In this document: piece after piece, positions 53,266-62,731 of the stretch
Layout: each line of letters begins with the position of its first letter
Numbering within the stretch: the first letter of the stretch is position 1
Source: Alphaproteobacteria bacterium
Lineage (GTDB): Bacteria; Pseudomonadota; Alphaproteobacteria; UBA2966
DNA: 64,000 bases
Direction: 5' to 3'
Assembly (NCBI GenBank): GCA_018650465.1
Contig: JABIFY010000035.1
Coordinates: 45,526 to 109,525 of the forward strand
The notes under the pieces: generated by a model
What the model saw: the letters and a program-made list of their open reading frames with translations, nothing else
The model's database searches: none
Told to the model about the DNA's origin: nothing
Position numbers and translations under genes: made by a program

Positions 53266-53466
53266 ATGAATGAAAAAATGCGTGAGGCGGAGCTGTATTA
53301 CAATCTCGCCAGTTTTAATGTGATCTCGCCAGGCAATTATGTGACCTGTTACGTCAGCGGCTTGCGGATCATGATCGGTGAGCTGAAATACTGGAACGCC
53401 GAGCGCCAGGAGGCCTATGCCAATCCGAAATTGATGTTGCAACGGCACACGGAACTGAATCCATGA
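53266..53466 (+). CDS. Small conserved alphaproteobacterial protein (DUF2093-like, from memory)
   Basis: 66-aa ORF. Its stop overlaps the next ATG (ATGA). ...ISPGNYVTCYVSG..I.IGELKYWNAERQEAYA resembles the family as I remember it. Confidence 0.55.
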   Translation: MNEKMREAELYYNLASFNVISPGNYVTCYVSGLRIMIGELKYWNAERQEAYANPKLMLQRHTELNP

Positions 53467-54287
53467 AACTTATCTTTGCCGTGATCCTTGGTTTGCTGAT
53501 CGGGCCCATGTCGGTTTTCGCTGCGGATGATTTGAAACTTGCCGGATCATTCACGCAAGGTGGCATGGTCACTGGTAAGGTCACGTCTGGCAGCAAAATC
53601 AAATTCCTTAAACGCGATGTCCGCGTCTCGCCTGACGGTGTTTTTGTGATCGGTTTTGGGCGTGATTTTTCATCCCATGCGCAGCTTGAATTGACGACGC
53701 CTGACGGTCAGAAATCCACGCATTCGCTGGTCATCAAAAAGCGCAAATACAAAATTCAGCGCATAGATGGCTTGCCAAGAAAAATGGTTTCGCCGGGCGA
53801 AAAGGCCCTTAAGCGCATTCGTCGGGAAAATGTCTGGATCGGTAAGGTGCGGGCATTGAATTCCACAACGCCCTGGTTTGCAGGGGGCTTTGCCTGGCCC
53901 GCCATCGGTCCGGTCTCTGGCGTTTACGGCAGCCAGCGTGTTTTGAATGGTGAACCGCGCCGCCCACACTTCGGCGTTGATGTGGCCATGCCAACCGGCA
54001 CCCCGGTTATGGCTCCGGCAGCAGGCGTCATAGCCTTGGCCAAAAAGGATCTTTATTTCACCGGCGGCACGATCATGATCGACCATGGCCACGGTGTGAC
54101 CTCGGTTTTGATGCATCTCAGTCGGGTGGATGCAAAGCTTGGCGATGCCGTAAAGCCGGGTGATGTTATCGGTGCCATCGGCGCCACCGGTCGCGCCACT
54201 GGCCCGCACCTGGACTGGCGCGTCAACTGGTTCAACCAACGCCTCGACCCACAATTGTTGGTGCCCCCCATGCCGGTGAGCAAGTAA
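53463..54287 (+). CDS. M23 family metallopeptidase
   Basis: 274-aa ORF with a signal peptide. HFGVDVA, and IDHGHGVTSVLMHLS (HxH context). Confidence 0.85.
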   Translation: MKLIFAVILGLLIGPMSVFAADDLKLAGSFTQGGMVTGKVTSGSKIKFLKRDVRVSPDGVFVIGFGRDFSSHAQLELTTPDGQKSTHSLVIKKRKYKIQRIDGLPRKMVSPGEKALKRIRRENVWIGKVRALNSTTPWFAGGFAWPAIGPVSGVYGSQRVLNGEPRRPHFGVDVAMPTGTPVMAPAAGVIALAKKDLYFTGGTIMIDHGHGVTSVLMHLSRVDAKLGDAVKPGDVIGAIGATGRATGPHLDWRVNWFNQRLDPQLLVPPMPVSK

Positions 54288-54307
54288 AGTGCTTGCTCAC
54301 CGGGCAT

Positions 54308-54334
54308 AAAAAAACCCGTGAACTCATTCACGGG
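54308..54334 (-). terminator. Rho-independent terminator closing the AT-rich two-ORF cassette
   Basis: On the minus strand, cccgtgaa-tgag-ttcacggg is followed by T7. Confidence 0.6.
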
Positions 54335-54360
54335 CGGGCCTGCGGTTAGTTTTGAAACTA

Positions 54361-54498
54361 CTACAGTTTGCCGTACTTTTTCTCCTTCCAGATACCATTT
54401 TTCAACTGGTCCATGAGGGTTGGGTTCTCCGGCAATTGAAAATAGTCCGGGTCTGCCAAGTCATCTGGATGGTCCTTGAACTATTTGTTGACTGTCAT
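54361..54498 (-). other. Small ORF with strong SD, interrupted by an in-frame TAG after codon 5 (pseudogene, recoding or leader peptide)
   Basis: Own translation: aaggagacaaa-ATG ACA GTC AAC AAA TAG TTC AAG GAC... = MTVNK*FKDHPDDLADPDYFQLPENPTLMDQLKNGIWKEKKYGKL**. It lies 42 nt downstream of the 303-aa gene and upstream of the terminator. Confidence 0.3.
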
Positions 54499-54540
54499 TT
54501 TGTCTCCTTTTTTTGCTACGAATTGAATTTTCGGAATCTT

Positions 54541-55452
54541 TCACTCGGTTTTCTGGGTTCCTGAATAACCAAACAGATTGAGGCCGGTCAACTTGTACAG
54601 GACCAATAACGCTTCACCAATTCCGTCAGAAATCCCGTTTGAAAGAAAATAGTATTCACGAATGTTCCCAATCTTTCTGGGATTGATGCCACTTATCAAG
54701 GGGCTTCCGATCATGGAATGATACTTGCCGTTATAGCGGTTGTATTCTGGCTTCGGGCCTACCTGCAGGAGATAAGGGAGGGGCTGTTTGCCTTTATAGC
54801 CCTCAACACAAAAATATTCTTTCTCGTGCGGAGCCAAAAGATTACCGGCATTACCTGAACAAATATCATCTGGTGCCGCCAGTATTTTGGTGGCATAGGG
54901 ATATCCACGAAAAACATCGACGATTACAATCTGACCTCTCCAAATTTTTAACTTTTGTCCAGGGTTTTTGTGAATTTCCAATAACGTAATATCAAATTCA
55001 ACGATGTCATTTTTGCAAAAAACCGGGCAAACCGTGTTCTCTTTTTCAACATATACGGTCAATTTTTCCGGATAATGTTCGGGCACATAATAGACGCCTG
55101 CGATGCAGGATAACGCGAGAAACAGGTTCAGTTTCAGGTGTCGATGTTCAAGGTTTCTCAAATCCAGCGCTAACAAGAACCATGAAAAATAACAAACATA
55201 TTCTGAAATATTTGCGGCAATGAAATCTCGCTTATAATTCAGGGTAGAAAGACTATGGGGCAAATTAGACGACGTAAACTCCGCAGCGAAATACACAACC
55301 ATCAACAAGCCGCCCAGCAAAAACCGCCGACAGGTGATTTGGTGTAGGCCGGGCACGATGATGAATGCGCTCAATTTGGCGATGTATTTGCCCACGCGCA
55401 GCACCGTCCAGTCGGGTGGCAGCCAGGGTAACTTTGTATGTAAAAGGTCCAT
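54541..55452 (-). CDS. Hypothetical membrane protein (about 4 N-terminal TM segments plus a ~170-aa C-terminal domain), low-GC orphan
   Basis: 303-aa ORF in a clearly AT-richer stretch than its neighbours. No family recognised with confidence. Weak by-eye resemblance of the C-terminal domain to S26 signal-peptidase motifs (see findings). Confidence 0.6.
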   Translation of the reverse strand: MDLLHTKLPWLPPDWTVLRVGKYIAKLSAFIIVPGLHQITCRRFLLGGLLMVVYFAAEFTSSNLPHSLSTLNYKRDFIAANISEYVCYFSWFLLALDLRNLEHRHLKLNLFLALSCIAGVYYVPEHYPEKLTVYVEKENTVCPVFCKNDIVEFDITLLEIHKNPGQKLKIWRGQIVIVDVFRGYPYATKILAAPDDICSGNAGNLLAPHEKEYFCVEGYKGKQPLPYLLQVGPKPEYNRYNGKYHSMIGSPLISGINPRKIGNIREYYFLSNGISDGIGEALLVLYKLTGLNLFGYSGTQKTE

Positions 55453-55580
55453 GCTTAAGATTATGCAGGGATCAGGGCCGTTTTTTCAGAAGGGGTTGAA
55501 TAATTTTGCCCCAGGTCAAAGTGTTTGAGTGACGATACATCGGGGCATCGGGTGTTCACTCCCATTGAATATTTGTGCAT

Positions 55581-55610
55581 ATTATACGATTTTTGCATAA
55601 TGCGCAAGAA
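55581..55610 (-). promoter_or_regulatory. Candidate sigma70-type promoter for the AT-rich cassette
   Basis: On the minus strand, ttcttg - 18 nt - tataat (perfect -10), about 120 nt upstream of the ATG at 55452. Confidence 0.35.
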
Positions 55611-55656
55611 AATTATTCAAAAAACGTAATAATATGGCATTATGTTGACCAACTTC

Positions 55657-55755
55657 GTCACTCCGGCCTCCGAGCCGGAGTCTCTGGTGTTTCTCCACCA
55701 GGTATCAGCATAATGTTTGATTCACCAGAGACTCCGGGTCGGGGCCCGGAGTGAC
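55657..55755. repeat. Nested-hairpin REP-like element (full two-arm copy)
   Basis: Left arm gtcactccggcctccgagccggagtctctggtg. The right arm reverse-complemented is gtcactccgggccccgacccggagtctctggtg. ~33-nt AT-rich spacer. Confidence 0.5.
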
Positions 55756-55791
55756 GGCGTGTGTTTCGGCTAAATAAAGGTGCAGTGAAAC

Positions 55792-56718
55792 CTACATCTC
55801 CGCCGGGCCGTTGATCCAGGGTTTGATGGCGATCCAGGCGGTGCGGTGGATGGGGGTGTCGATGCCTTTTTCCTGGCCGAGGCGAACCACGGCACCGCTG
55901 AGGAAATTGATTTCCAGGCGACGACCTGCTTCCAGGTCCTGAAACATTGAGGTTTTGTTTTTTGGCGGGAAGGATTGTGCCAGGGCCATGTTGCTGGCTA
56001 TGGCCTCTTCGCCCAGCATCACACCATGGGCGCGGGCGACGGCGGCGACCTCGCGCATGGCGTCCATATACAGGGCCATGGTGTCTTCATCTTGTTGCAC
56101 CAGACCGGCGGGCTGGCGGGTGATGCAATTGATGGCGCTCATGCTGGTCAGGAACATCAGCTTGCTCCACAGAACCACATTGATGTCGGCAGCAATTTCT
56201 CCTGCAACCCCCGATTTTTCCAGGGCACCCAGAAAGGCCACGGCGCGGGGCGAGACTTGTTTGTCAAATTCTCCGAACACCAACTTGGCCAGTTCGGCAT
56301 TGTGCTGGATGACGCCAGGTTCCGGGATTGAGGCCGGGATGAAGGCCACACCGCCCATGACATGATCGTAGCCTATGACCTCGCCCAGCAGGCTGCGCGC
56401 ATCGACGCCGTTCTGGAAAGGAATGACCGCGGTGTCCGGTCCGATCAAGGGCTTTATCTGTTCGGCGGCCTGTTCGGTGTCGTAGTTTTTGACCATGAAC
56501 AGGACGATATCGACCGGTCCAATGTCGGCAGGGTTGTCAGTGACCGTGGCTGGATTGACGGTGAAATCGCCCAAGGGACTTAAGACTTTCAGGCCGTTGG
56601 CTTTGATCGCGGCAAGATGGGCACCACGGGCGATGAAGCTGACGTCGTATCCGGCATCAGCCAGCCTGCCGCCAAAATAGCCACCAATGGCACCGGCCCC
56701 CATAATCGCGATTTTCAT
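55792..56718 (-). CDS. panE: 2-dehydropantoate 2-reductase (ApbA/PanE family)
   Basis: 308-aa ORF beginning MKIAIMGAGAIGGYFGGRLA, with the KNYD motif and a Ser- and Glu-containing segment (KNKTSMFQDLEAGR) that may match the family's substrate-binding motif. Confidence 0.8.
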   Translation of the reverse strand: MKIAIMGAGAIGGYFGGRLADAGYDVSFIARGAHLAAIKANGLKVLSPLGDFTVNPATVTDNPADIGPVDIVLFMVKNYDTEQAAEQIKPLIGPDTAVIPFQNGVDARSLLGEVIGYDHVMGGVAFIPASIPEPGVIQHNAELAKLVFGEFDKQVSPRAVAFLGALEKSGVAGEIAADINVVLWSKLMFLTSMSAINCITRQPAGLVQQDEDTMALYMDAMREVAAVARAHGVMLGEEAIASNMALAQSFPPKNKTSMFQDLEAGRRLEINFLSGAVVRLGQEKGIDTPIHRTAWIAIKPWINGPAEM

Positions 56719-56748
56719 TTCCTGATCCTTGTCCTAAGAATTCTTGTC

Positions 56749-57663
56749 TTATGTGTTTTCATTGGGCCAGCGTTTGTGCAGCCACATCCATTGGGCCGGG
56801 TTTGCCCGGACCCAGGCTTCAATATGATCGTTCACCTTGCACATGATGTTGTAAATATCCGTACTTTTGTCGCCGGTCGCCTGATAGTCAAGCGGCGCTT
56901 CGATGACCATACGGAAGTGAGCACCTTTCACGCGCTCACAATGGATAGGCACGATGGGCGCATCATAGCGCAAGGCCAGTTGCGCCAGTGCCGGGGCTGT
57001 CATGGCATCGCGACCAAACAAGGGTACGGCGATACCATCATTCATTTTTTGATCAACCAACAGACCAAGATTGTCACCATTTTTCAGGGCCAGTAACAGG
57101 GCCTTGGCCCCGGCGCTGCCCTTGGGCACGTGCGCTGCCGAAACGGCGCGGGCGCGCAAATCCCGGATCATCTGATCGACAAATGGATTGTTGGCCTCGC
57201 GATAGGCAATCGTTGTTTTCAGACCACGTTGATCGACGGCCAAAGGCACCAGTTCCCAGTTGGCAAAGTGGGCGGAAAAAAAGATACATGCCCGGCCATC
57301 GGCAATCAAGTTTTCAAAATGCTCAACGCCCACCAGTTCCACGCGGGCGTTCGATGTGGTCGTATCCAGTTTTGACAGGTGCGGAAATTCGGCCACGGTG
57401 CGGCCAAGGTTGTCCCACATATCGCTGATGGTCGCCTGAATTTCGGCGCTGGACTTGTTGGGAAAGAATTCCTGTAATCGTTTACCGGCCCGCCTGGATA
57501 CACCCGTCAAAGGCCCGAGGCAGCGGGCAATAAATCCGCCACAGGCAGAGGCTGTATCCAGCGGCAACACAGCGAACAATCCCATGAACAGACGCGCCGC
57601 GAGGAATTCCGCGATATGTTTCATCCGGGACCCTGAAGGCGCTGCGGTGGTATTGTCAGGCAT
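56749..57663 (-). CDS. Lipid A biosynthesis lauroyl/late acyltransferase (LpxL/HtrB family)
   Basis: 304-aa ORF. The HFANWE motif (HX4D/E-type) matches this family. Position in the lpxK-waaA operon supports the call. Confidence 0.8.
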   Translation of the reverse strand: MPDNTTAAPSGSRMKHIAEFLAARLFMGLFAVLPLDTASACGGFIARCLGPLTGVSRRAGKRLQEFFPNKSSAEIQATISDMWDNLGRTVAEFPHLSKLDTTTSNARVELVGVEHFENLIADGRACIFFSAHFANWELVPLAVDQRGLKTTIAYREANNPFVDQMIRDLRARAVSAAHVPKGSAGAKALLLALKNGDNLGLLVDQKMNDGIAVPLFGRDAMTAPALAQLALRYDAPIVPIHCERVKGAHFRMVIEAPLDYQATGDKSTDIYNIMCKVNDHIEAWVRANPAQWMWLHKRWPNENT

Positions 57664-58663
57664 TGTGTCGGGTCGTTTGTTTCAGCAAGCCAGCAAAAAC
57701 ATCGTTCAGGGTTCGGCTGTTTTCAAAGATCAGCCCGACCGGAATTTCCGACACCATGGCACGGGCTTCGGCGGGCAGCCTGGCAAAGTCTTTTGACGTG
57801 GTGACGGGGCGGGCTTCATTGATTGCGGCCAGTTCAACCAGCTTCATTATCTCGTCAGGTGTATAGGTGTGATGGTCAGCGAATGCCCGGCGTTCAACGA
57901 TGTTGCATTTCATGTTTTCCAGGGTGGCGAAAAACTTTTCCGGACGGCCGATTCCGGCGAAGGCGACAACCTTCTGGCCCGCAAATTGTTCTGCATCGAT
58001 GCCAGTTTCCAGACTGGCGCGGATGACCGGCAGGCCGGATTGTTTCACGGGTTTGCGCCAGTTTGTGGTCTCCAGGTGACCTCCGCCCGCCAACAGGATA
58101 ACGGCATTTGCCCGGGCAAGACCCTCTGCGATGGGCTCTCGCAAGGGACCTGCCGGCATGATGCGACCACTGCCAAAACCCCAGGCACCGTCGATCACGA
58201 CCAGGGCATAATCCTTGGCCAGTGAAAAATTTTGATGTCCGTCATCCATCAGGATCAGGTCCGCTCCGGCCTTTTCAGCCGACTCGGCAGCTGCGGCCCG
58301 GTCCTTCGCCATCCAGGTCGGTGCGGCGCGCGTCAACAACAAGGCTTCGTCCCCCACATCCAGGGCACTATGTACAGCGGGATCAACCCTGACCGGGCCG
58401 TCCAGCTTGCCGCCAAAACCGCGCGTGATAATATGGGGGGCAAGGCCCGCTTGGCGAAAATATTGGGCAAGGGCGATGACAACAGGTGTCTTGCCGGTAC
58501 CTCCCACAGTCAGGTTGCCTACGCAAATAACCGGTACGTTCATCTGCCGGGTTACAGTACGGCGGCGTTTGATGGCGCCACCCATTTGCCAAAGACGACT
58601 GAGGGGGCTGAGCAAACGGGGCCAAATCCCCTGGCCATGAAAAAAGAACTCAGGCGTCTTCAT
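57656..58663 (-). CDS. lpxK: Tetraacyldisaccharide 4'-kinase
   Basis: 335-aa ORF. VICVGNLTVGGTGKTP P-loop, ILMDDGHQN. Confidence 0.9.
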   Translation of the reverse strand: MKTPEFFFHGQGIWPRLLSPLSRLWQMGGAIKRRRTVTRQMNVPVICVGNLTVGGTGKTPVVIALAQYFRQAGLAPHIITRGFGGKLDGPVRVDPAVHSALDVGDEALLLTRAAPTWMAKDRAAAAESAEKAGADLILMDDGHQNFSLAKDYALVVIDGAWGFGSGRIMPAGPLREPIAEGLARANAVILLAGGGHLETTNWRKPVKQSGLPVIRASLETGIDAEQFAGQKVVAFAGIGRPEKFFATLENMKCNIVERRAFADHHTYTPDEIMKLVELAAINEARPVTTSKDFARLPAEARAMVSEIPVGLIFENSRTLNDVFAGLLKQTTRHNA

Positions 58664-59972
58664 GGCGCTTCCCGTTCTCAGGCGTCTCGTTCTCTGGCGT
58701 CATCGAACGTCGAAGCGGAGAAAGATAAGGCTCCAGTGCCTGTACGGTTTGATCCAGCACGTTCTCGCTTTTGTCAACAATATTTCCAGCCCCGGTGGCC
58801 ATGGCCTCAGCAGCCGCAGGTTCGGACAGCAAGGCCGATACGGCGCGGGTCAGGGCATCTTCGTTTTCGACCTGTCGGGCCGCACCAACTTCGCCCAGTT
58901 CACGGGCAACATTGGCAAAATTGGCGATATGCGGTCCATGTAAAATTGCCGACCGCAAGCGTGCGGGCTCGCGCAGGTTTTGGCCGCCATGGGGTACCAG
59001 GGATCCGCCGACAAAAACAACCGTTGCCAGGCGATAGATCAAGCCAAGTTCGCCCAGGGTATCGGCAACGTAGAATTCGGTGTGATCTGTGAGGGGATCC
59101 CCCAGTGACCGGACGGCGACATCCTTGCCGCTTTGCCGCAGGCCATGGACAATTTCACTGCCACGATCAGGGTGGCGCGGCGCGATTATGGTCAGCAGTT
59201 TGGGATAGTCAGCCGTCAGATGTTCATGCACATGTTCAGCCAGACCTTCTTCACCGGGATGGGTACTGGCGGCGATCCAGACCGGGCGTGATCCGATGGC
59301 TTTTGCCAGATCAACCAGTTCCTGTTCATCAACGGCCAAGGGTGGACTGGCATCTTTCAGGTTGCCGGTCAGGGTAACCCTGTTGACGCCAAAATCACGC
59401 AAGCGATCCGCCATGACATGATCCGGCACCAGACAAAGATCAAAACAGTCCAGCAAATTCCGTGCAGTTTTGGCGGCTTTCATCCAGCGGGCGTAGGATT
59501 TGACGGACATGCGGGCATTGACCAGGACGGTCGGGATGTTTCTGGTTTTTAGTTGATAAAGAAGGTTCGGCCAAAATTCTGATTCGACCCACAAAGCCAG
59601 GTCCGGTTTCCAATGATCGAGAAACCGTGCGACCCAGGCACCGCGATCAACCGGCACATACTGATGAAAGGCCTTGCCGCTCAATCGCTGTTCGCACAGC
59701 TTGGCAGACGTGACCGTGCCGGTGGTCAGCAATATATTCAGATCCGGCATGTCTTTTTGCAGACGTTCGATCAAGGGCATGATGGAGGCGCTTTCCCCCA
59801 CACTGGCGGCATGGAACCAGATCAAGGGCCCCTCAGGTCGTGACCGACTTGCGACGCCTTTGCGTTCCGCCTTGCGCTGTGGGTCTTCCTTGCCCTTTTT
59901 GGCACGTCGGGCCAAATGCCAGGAGATCAGTGGTCCGCCAATTGATGTCAGGGTTCGGTATAGTTCGAACAT
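58650..59972 (-). CDS. waaA: 3-deoxy-D-manno-octulosonic acid (Kdo) transferase
   Basis: 440-aa ORF. IWFHAASVGES, PRHPDR, GGSLVPHGGQN. Confidence 0.9.
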   Translation of the reverse strand: MFELYRTLTSIGGPLISWHLARRAKKGKEDPQRKAERKGVASRSRPEGPLIWFHAASVGESASIMPLIERLQKDMPDLNILLTTGTVTSAKLCEQRLSGKAFHQYVPVDRGAWVARFLDHWKPDLALWVESEFWPNLLYQLKTRNIPTVLVNARMSVKSYARWMKAAKTARNLLDCFDLCLVPDHVMADRLRDFGVNRVTLTGNLKDASPPLAVDEQELVDLAKAIGSRPVWIAASTHPGEEGLAEHVHEHLTADYPKLLTIIAPRHPDRGSEIVHGLRQSGKDVAVRSLGDPLTDHTEFYVADTLGELGLIYRLATVVFVGGSLVPHGGQNLREPARLRSAILHGPHIANFANVARELGEVGAARQVENEDALTRAVSALLSEPAAAEAMATGAGNIVDKSENVLDQTVQALEPYLSPLRRSMTPENETPENGKRHEDA

Positions 59973-60712
59973 CAGGCGACACCTTGGCGTGCATCATTCG
60001 TGCCGTCGATCTCTGCCGCCGCCGGTTCAATGCTGGTCTGATCGCACTTCTCGTCGGCCTGATTGCTGATGAGTATTAGCTGATTTTCAATAGACTGGCG
60101 GATATCAACCAGGTCACTTTCGCTGGCTTCTCGCGGCACGCCGATGGGGTCTCCCCAGATAAAAACGCCGCGACCAAAAGGCAGGGCGATCAAAAAGCGG
60201 TCCCATGAACTTAAGATACGCCGACGTGACGTGGCGTAGGTAACCGGCAGGATAGGGACGCCCGCCAGGCGAGCGACAGAAACGATGCCATCCGATGCGC
60301 GCATGCGCGGCCCGCGCGGCCCATCCGGGGTGATGCCTATACACTCACCCCGTTTTATAGCCTTTAGCATGGTGCGCAGGGCTTGTGCGCCGTCGCGTGA
60401 CGTTGACCCCCGCACGCTTTTGAAACCAAGATGGGCGATGGTGTTGGCGATCAATTCACCATCTCGATGTTGCGAAATCAACATGTTTATGGGCACGCTC
60501 TTGCGCCAGGTATATGGCATCATCAACAAGCGGTTGTGCCAGAAGGCCACAATAAAGGGTTGGTCATCATCCCAAAGTTTTTGCGGGGCCTGGTCGTTGA
60601 TAATTTGCCAGCGATTGGTGACGTGGACAAAACGAATATAAAGAGCTGCCAGACCACAGGCCGCGCGCCGGACAGCCTCGCTTTTCATGATCATTTTGAA
60701 GGGGCGGGCCAT
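59972..60712 (-). CDS. DUF374-type lysophospholipid acyltransferase-like protein
   Basis: The track ORF extends to 60775. I prefer the ATG at 60712 (MARPFK), just downstream of the msbA stop. FWHNRL and ITPDGPRGP motifs. Its stop overlaps the waaA start (TGATG). Confidence 0.7.
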   Translation of the reverse strand: MARPFKMIMKSEAVRRAACGLAALYIRFVHVTNRWQIINDQAPQKLWDDDQPFIVAFWHNRLLMMPYTWRKSVPINMLISQHRDGELIANTIAHLGFKSVRGSTSRDGAQALRTMLKAIKRGECIGITPDGPRGPRMRASDGIVSVARLAGVPILPVTYATSRRRILSSWDRFLIALPFGRGVFIWGDPIGVPREASESDLVDIRQSIENQLILISNQADEKCDQTSIEPAAAEIDGTNDARQGVA

Positions 60713-60717
60713 TTCGA

Positions 60718-62577
60718 TCAGGCCTGTCGAATTTCTGCCGGGGTTGGCTCCTGACCACCGCTTTGCATACGCCACAATCTGGCATAGGCCTCGCCACGGG
60801 CCAACAATTCATCATGCGAGCCACTTTCGATAATGCGCCCTTTGTCCAGCACATGAATAATGTCAGCGTCAATAATGGTCGACAAACGATGGGCCACGAC
60901 CAGGGTCGTGCGACCTTTCATCAAGGTGCGCAGGGCATCCTGAACCTTGCGTTCTGATTCTGAATCGAGGGCTGATGTGGCTTCATCCAGCAACAGGACA
61001 GGCGCATTTTTCAACATGGCGCGGGCGATGGCGATGCGCTGTCGCTGGCCGCCAGACAGGCGGGTACCATCTTCGCCGGTCATGGTGTCGTAGCCGTCTT
61101 TCAGGCTCTCGATAAAATTATCCGCTGCTGCCGCTCGTGCAGCAGCACGAATTTCATCTTCCGTTGCGGTCATGCGGCCATAGGCGATGTTGGCCCGCAC
61201 TGTATCGTCAAACAAGGTTGCGTCCTGGGTGACCAGGGCCACGGCATTGCGCAAGCTGACCAAAGTTGTGTCGCGTACATCCTGTCCATCAAATTGAACG
61301 GAGCCACCGGAAATATCAAAAAACCGTGGGATCAAATTCAGTAGCGTCGATTTTCCAGAACCAGATGCCCCCACCAGGGCGACAACGCTGCCCGCCGGAA
61401 CCTCAAACGACACACCGTTGATGGCGGACGTACCATCAGCATAATCAAACTGCACATCCCTGAAACTGATCTCGCCGTTCCTGACGGTCAATTCCTGTGC
61501 GTCCACTTTGTCTGCGATATCGGGCGCATGATCCAGCATGGCAAAGATACGTTCTGCCGCACCCAGGCCACCCTGCATGGCTGAATTCAGATTAGCCAGC
61601 GACTTGATGGGCTGGTAGGCCATCAACAAGGCGGCAATAAAAGAAAAGAAAGCCCCGGCCGATGTCTCCCCGTCGATCACCCGGTTGCCGCCGTAAAAAA
61701 CCACGACAGCGATGGCAACGCCGCCAAGGGCTTCCATCAAGGCAGAAACAGCCGAGCCCGTGCGCAGTGATTTCAGAACGGGGATCAGGCGAAATTCGAT
61801 GGCCGCATTCGCACGTTTTGATTCGTAGCCTTCCATGGCATAGGTTTTGACATGCTTGGCCCCCTGCAAGGTTTCCGTCAGAAGTGCGGAAAACAGTCCC
61901 GTGCGTTCCTGCATGTCGACCGAAGCTTTACGCAACCGGCGACCCATATTGCGGACCGGAATGGCGGCAACCGGCAAGACAAAAAAGGTCGCCAGGGCCA
62001 GACGCCAGTCTTGATAAAACATCAGGCTAATCAGGAAACTTGCTGTCAGGGTGTCCTTGACCATGCCGGTCAACGATTTTGAGACTGCTTCGCGCAGCAT
62101 ATTGGCATCGGTCAAAAAATTGGACACCAGCTTGCCCGACGCCATGGCCTGAAAATAGGCCAGATCGGCATGCATTAAATGGGCATACAAAGCTTTTTGC
62201 ACATCAGCGATGACCTTCTGGCCGATGGAGCCGCTGATATATCCTTGCAAGAAAGTCGATATGCCCTTGATGATGGCGATGGCCAGAATGGCCGCCGGCA
62301 CGATCATCAGCATACTGCGGTCTTTGTTCAAAAAGACCTCATCCAGGATGGGTTCCATCAACCAGGCATTGGCCGCCGTGGATGCCGCCGCGACCGCCAT
62401 CCAGAACATACCAAACAGCATTTGACCGAAGTAGGGACGCACATATTCAACAACCAGCCTGCGGATCAGTGCCCAACTGCTGTTCTTTTGTGTTTCCGCG
62501 TCGGTTTTGGTCTCTGGGGACAAGCTGGCTGTACCTTTGGCGAAGTGATTGTTTCTTCGTATTAAATGCCGCAACAA
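60718..62577 (-). CDS. msbA: Lipid A export ABC transporter, fused permease/ATPase (MsbA-like)
   Basis: 619-aa ORF. Six-TM exporter domain, [34 protein letters not shown]. The TTG start is uncertain. Confidence 0.85.
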   Translation of the reverse strand: MLRHLIRRNNHFAKGTASLSPETKTDAETQKNSSWALIRRLVVEYVRPYFGQMLFGMFWMAVAAASTAANAWLMEPILDEVFLNKDRSMLMIVPAAILAIAIIKGISTFLQGYISGSIGQKVIADVQKALYAHLMHADLAYFQAMASGKLVSNFLTDANMLREAVSKSLTGMVKDTLTASFLISLMFYQDWRLALATFFVLPVAAIPVRNMGRRLRKASVDMQERTGLFSALLTETLQGAKHVKTYAMEGYESKRANAAIEFRLIPVLKSLRTGSAVSALMEALGGVAIAVVVFYGGNRVIDGETSAGAFFSFIAALLMAYQPIKSLANLNSAMQGGLGAAERIFAMLDHAPDIADKVDAQELTVRNGEISFRDVQFDYADGTSAINGVSFEVPAGSVVALVGASGSGKSTLLNLIPRFFDISGGSVQFDGQDVRDTTLVSLRNAVALVTQDATLFDDTVRANIAYGRMTATEDEIRAAARAAAADNFIESLKDGYDTMTGEDGTRLSGGQRQRIAIARAMLKNAPVLLLDEATSALDSESERKVQDALRTLMKGRTTLVVAHRLSTIIDADIIHVLDKGRIIESGSHDELLARGEAYARLWRMQSGGQEPTPAEIRQA

Positions 62578-62731
62578 CAGTTGTGTGCCGCAAGCCGATC
62601 ATAAGCCGGAACATAACATGTGAAGGCTTGGGGGGCCAATGCGCATGGTGTATCTTTAAAAGCCGGGTTAGGCTGTGCCCGCCTTAAAAAAGCCAGCACA
62701 AAAGACGATCTACGAATTGAGGATGATCTGA

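Noticed and set aside
54352-54564. 70-aa plus-strand ORF in the AT-rich islet.
   Set aside because: It has no SD, overlaps the minus-strand small ORF and the 3' end of the 303-aa gene, and its hydrophobic low-complexity product is what AT-rich antisense sequence typically yields.
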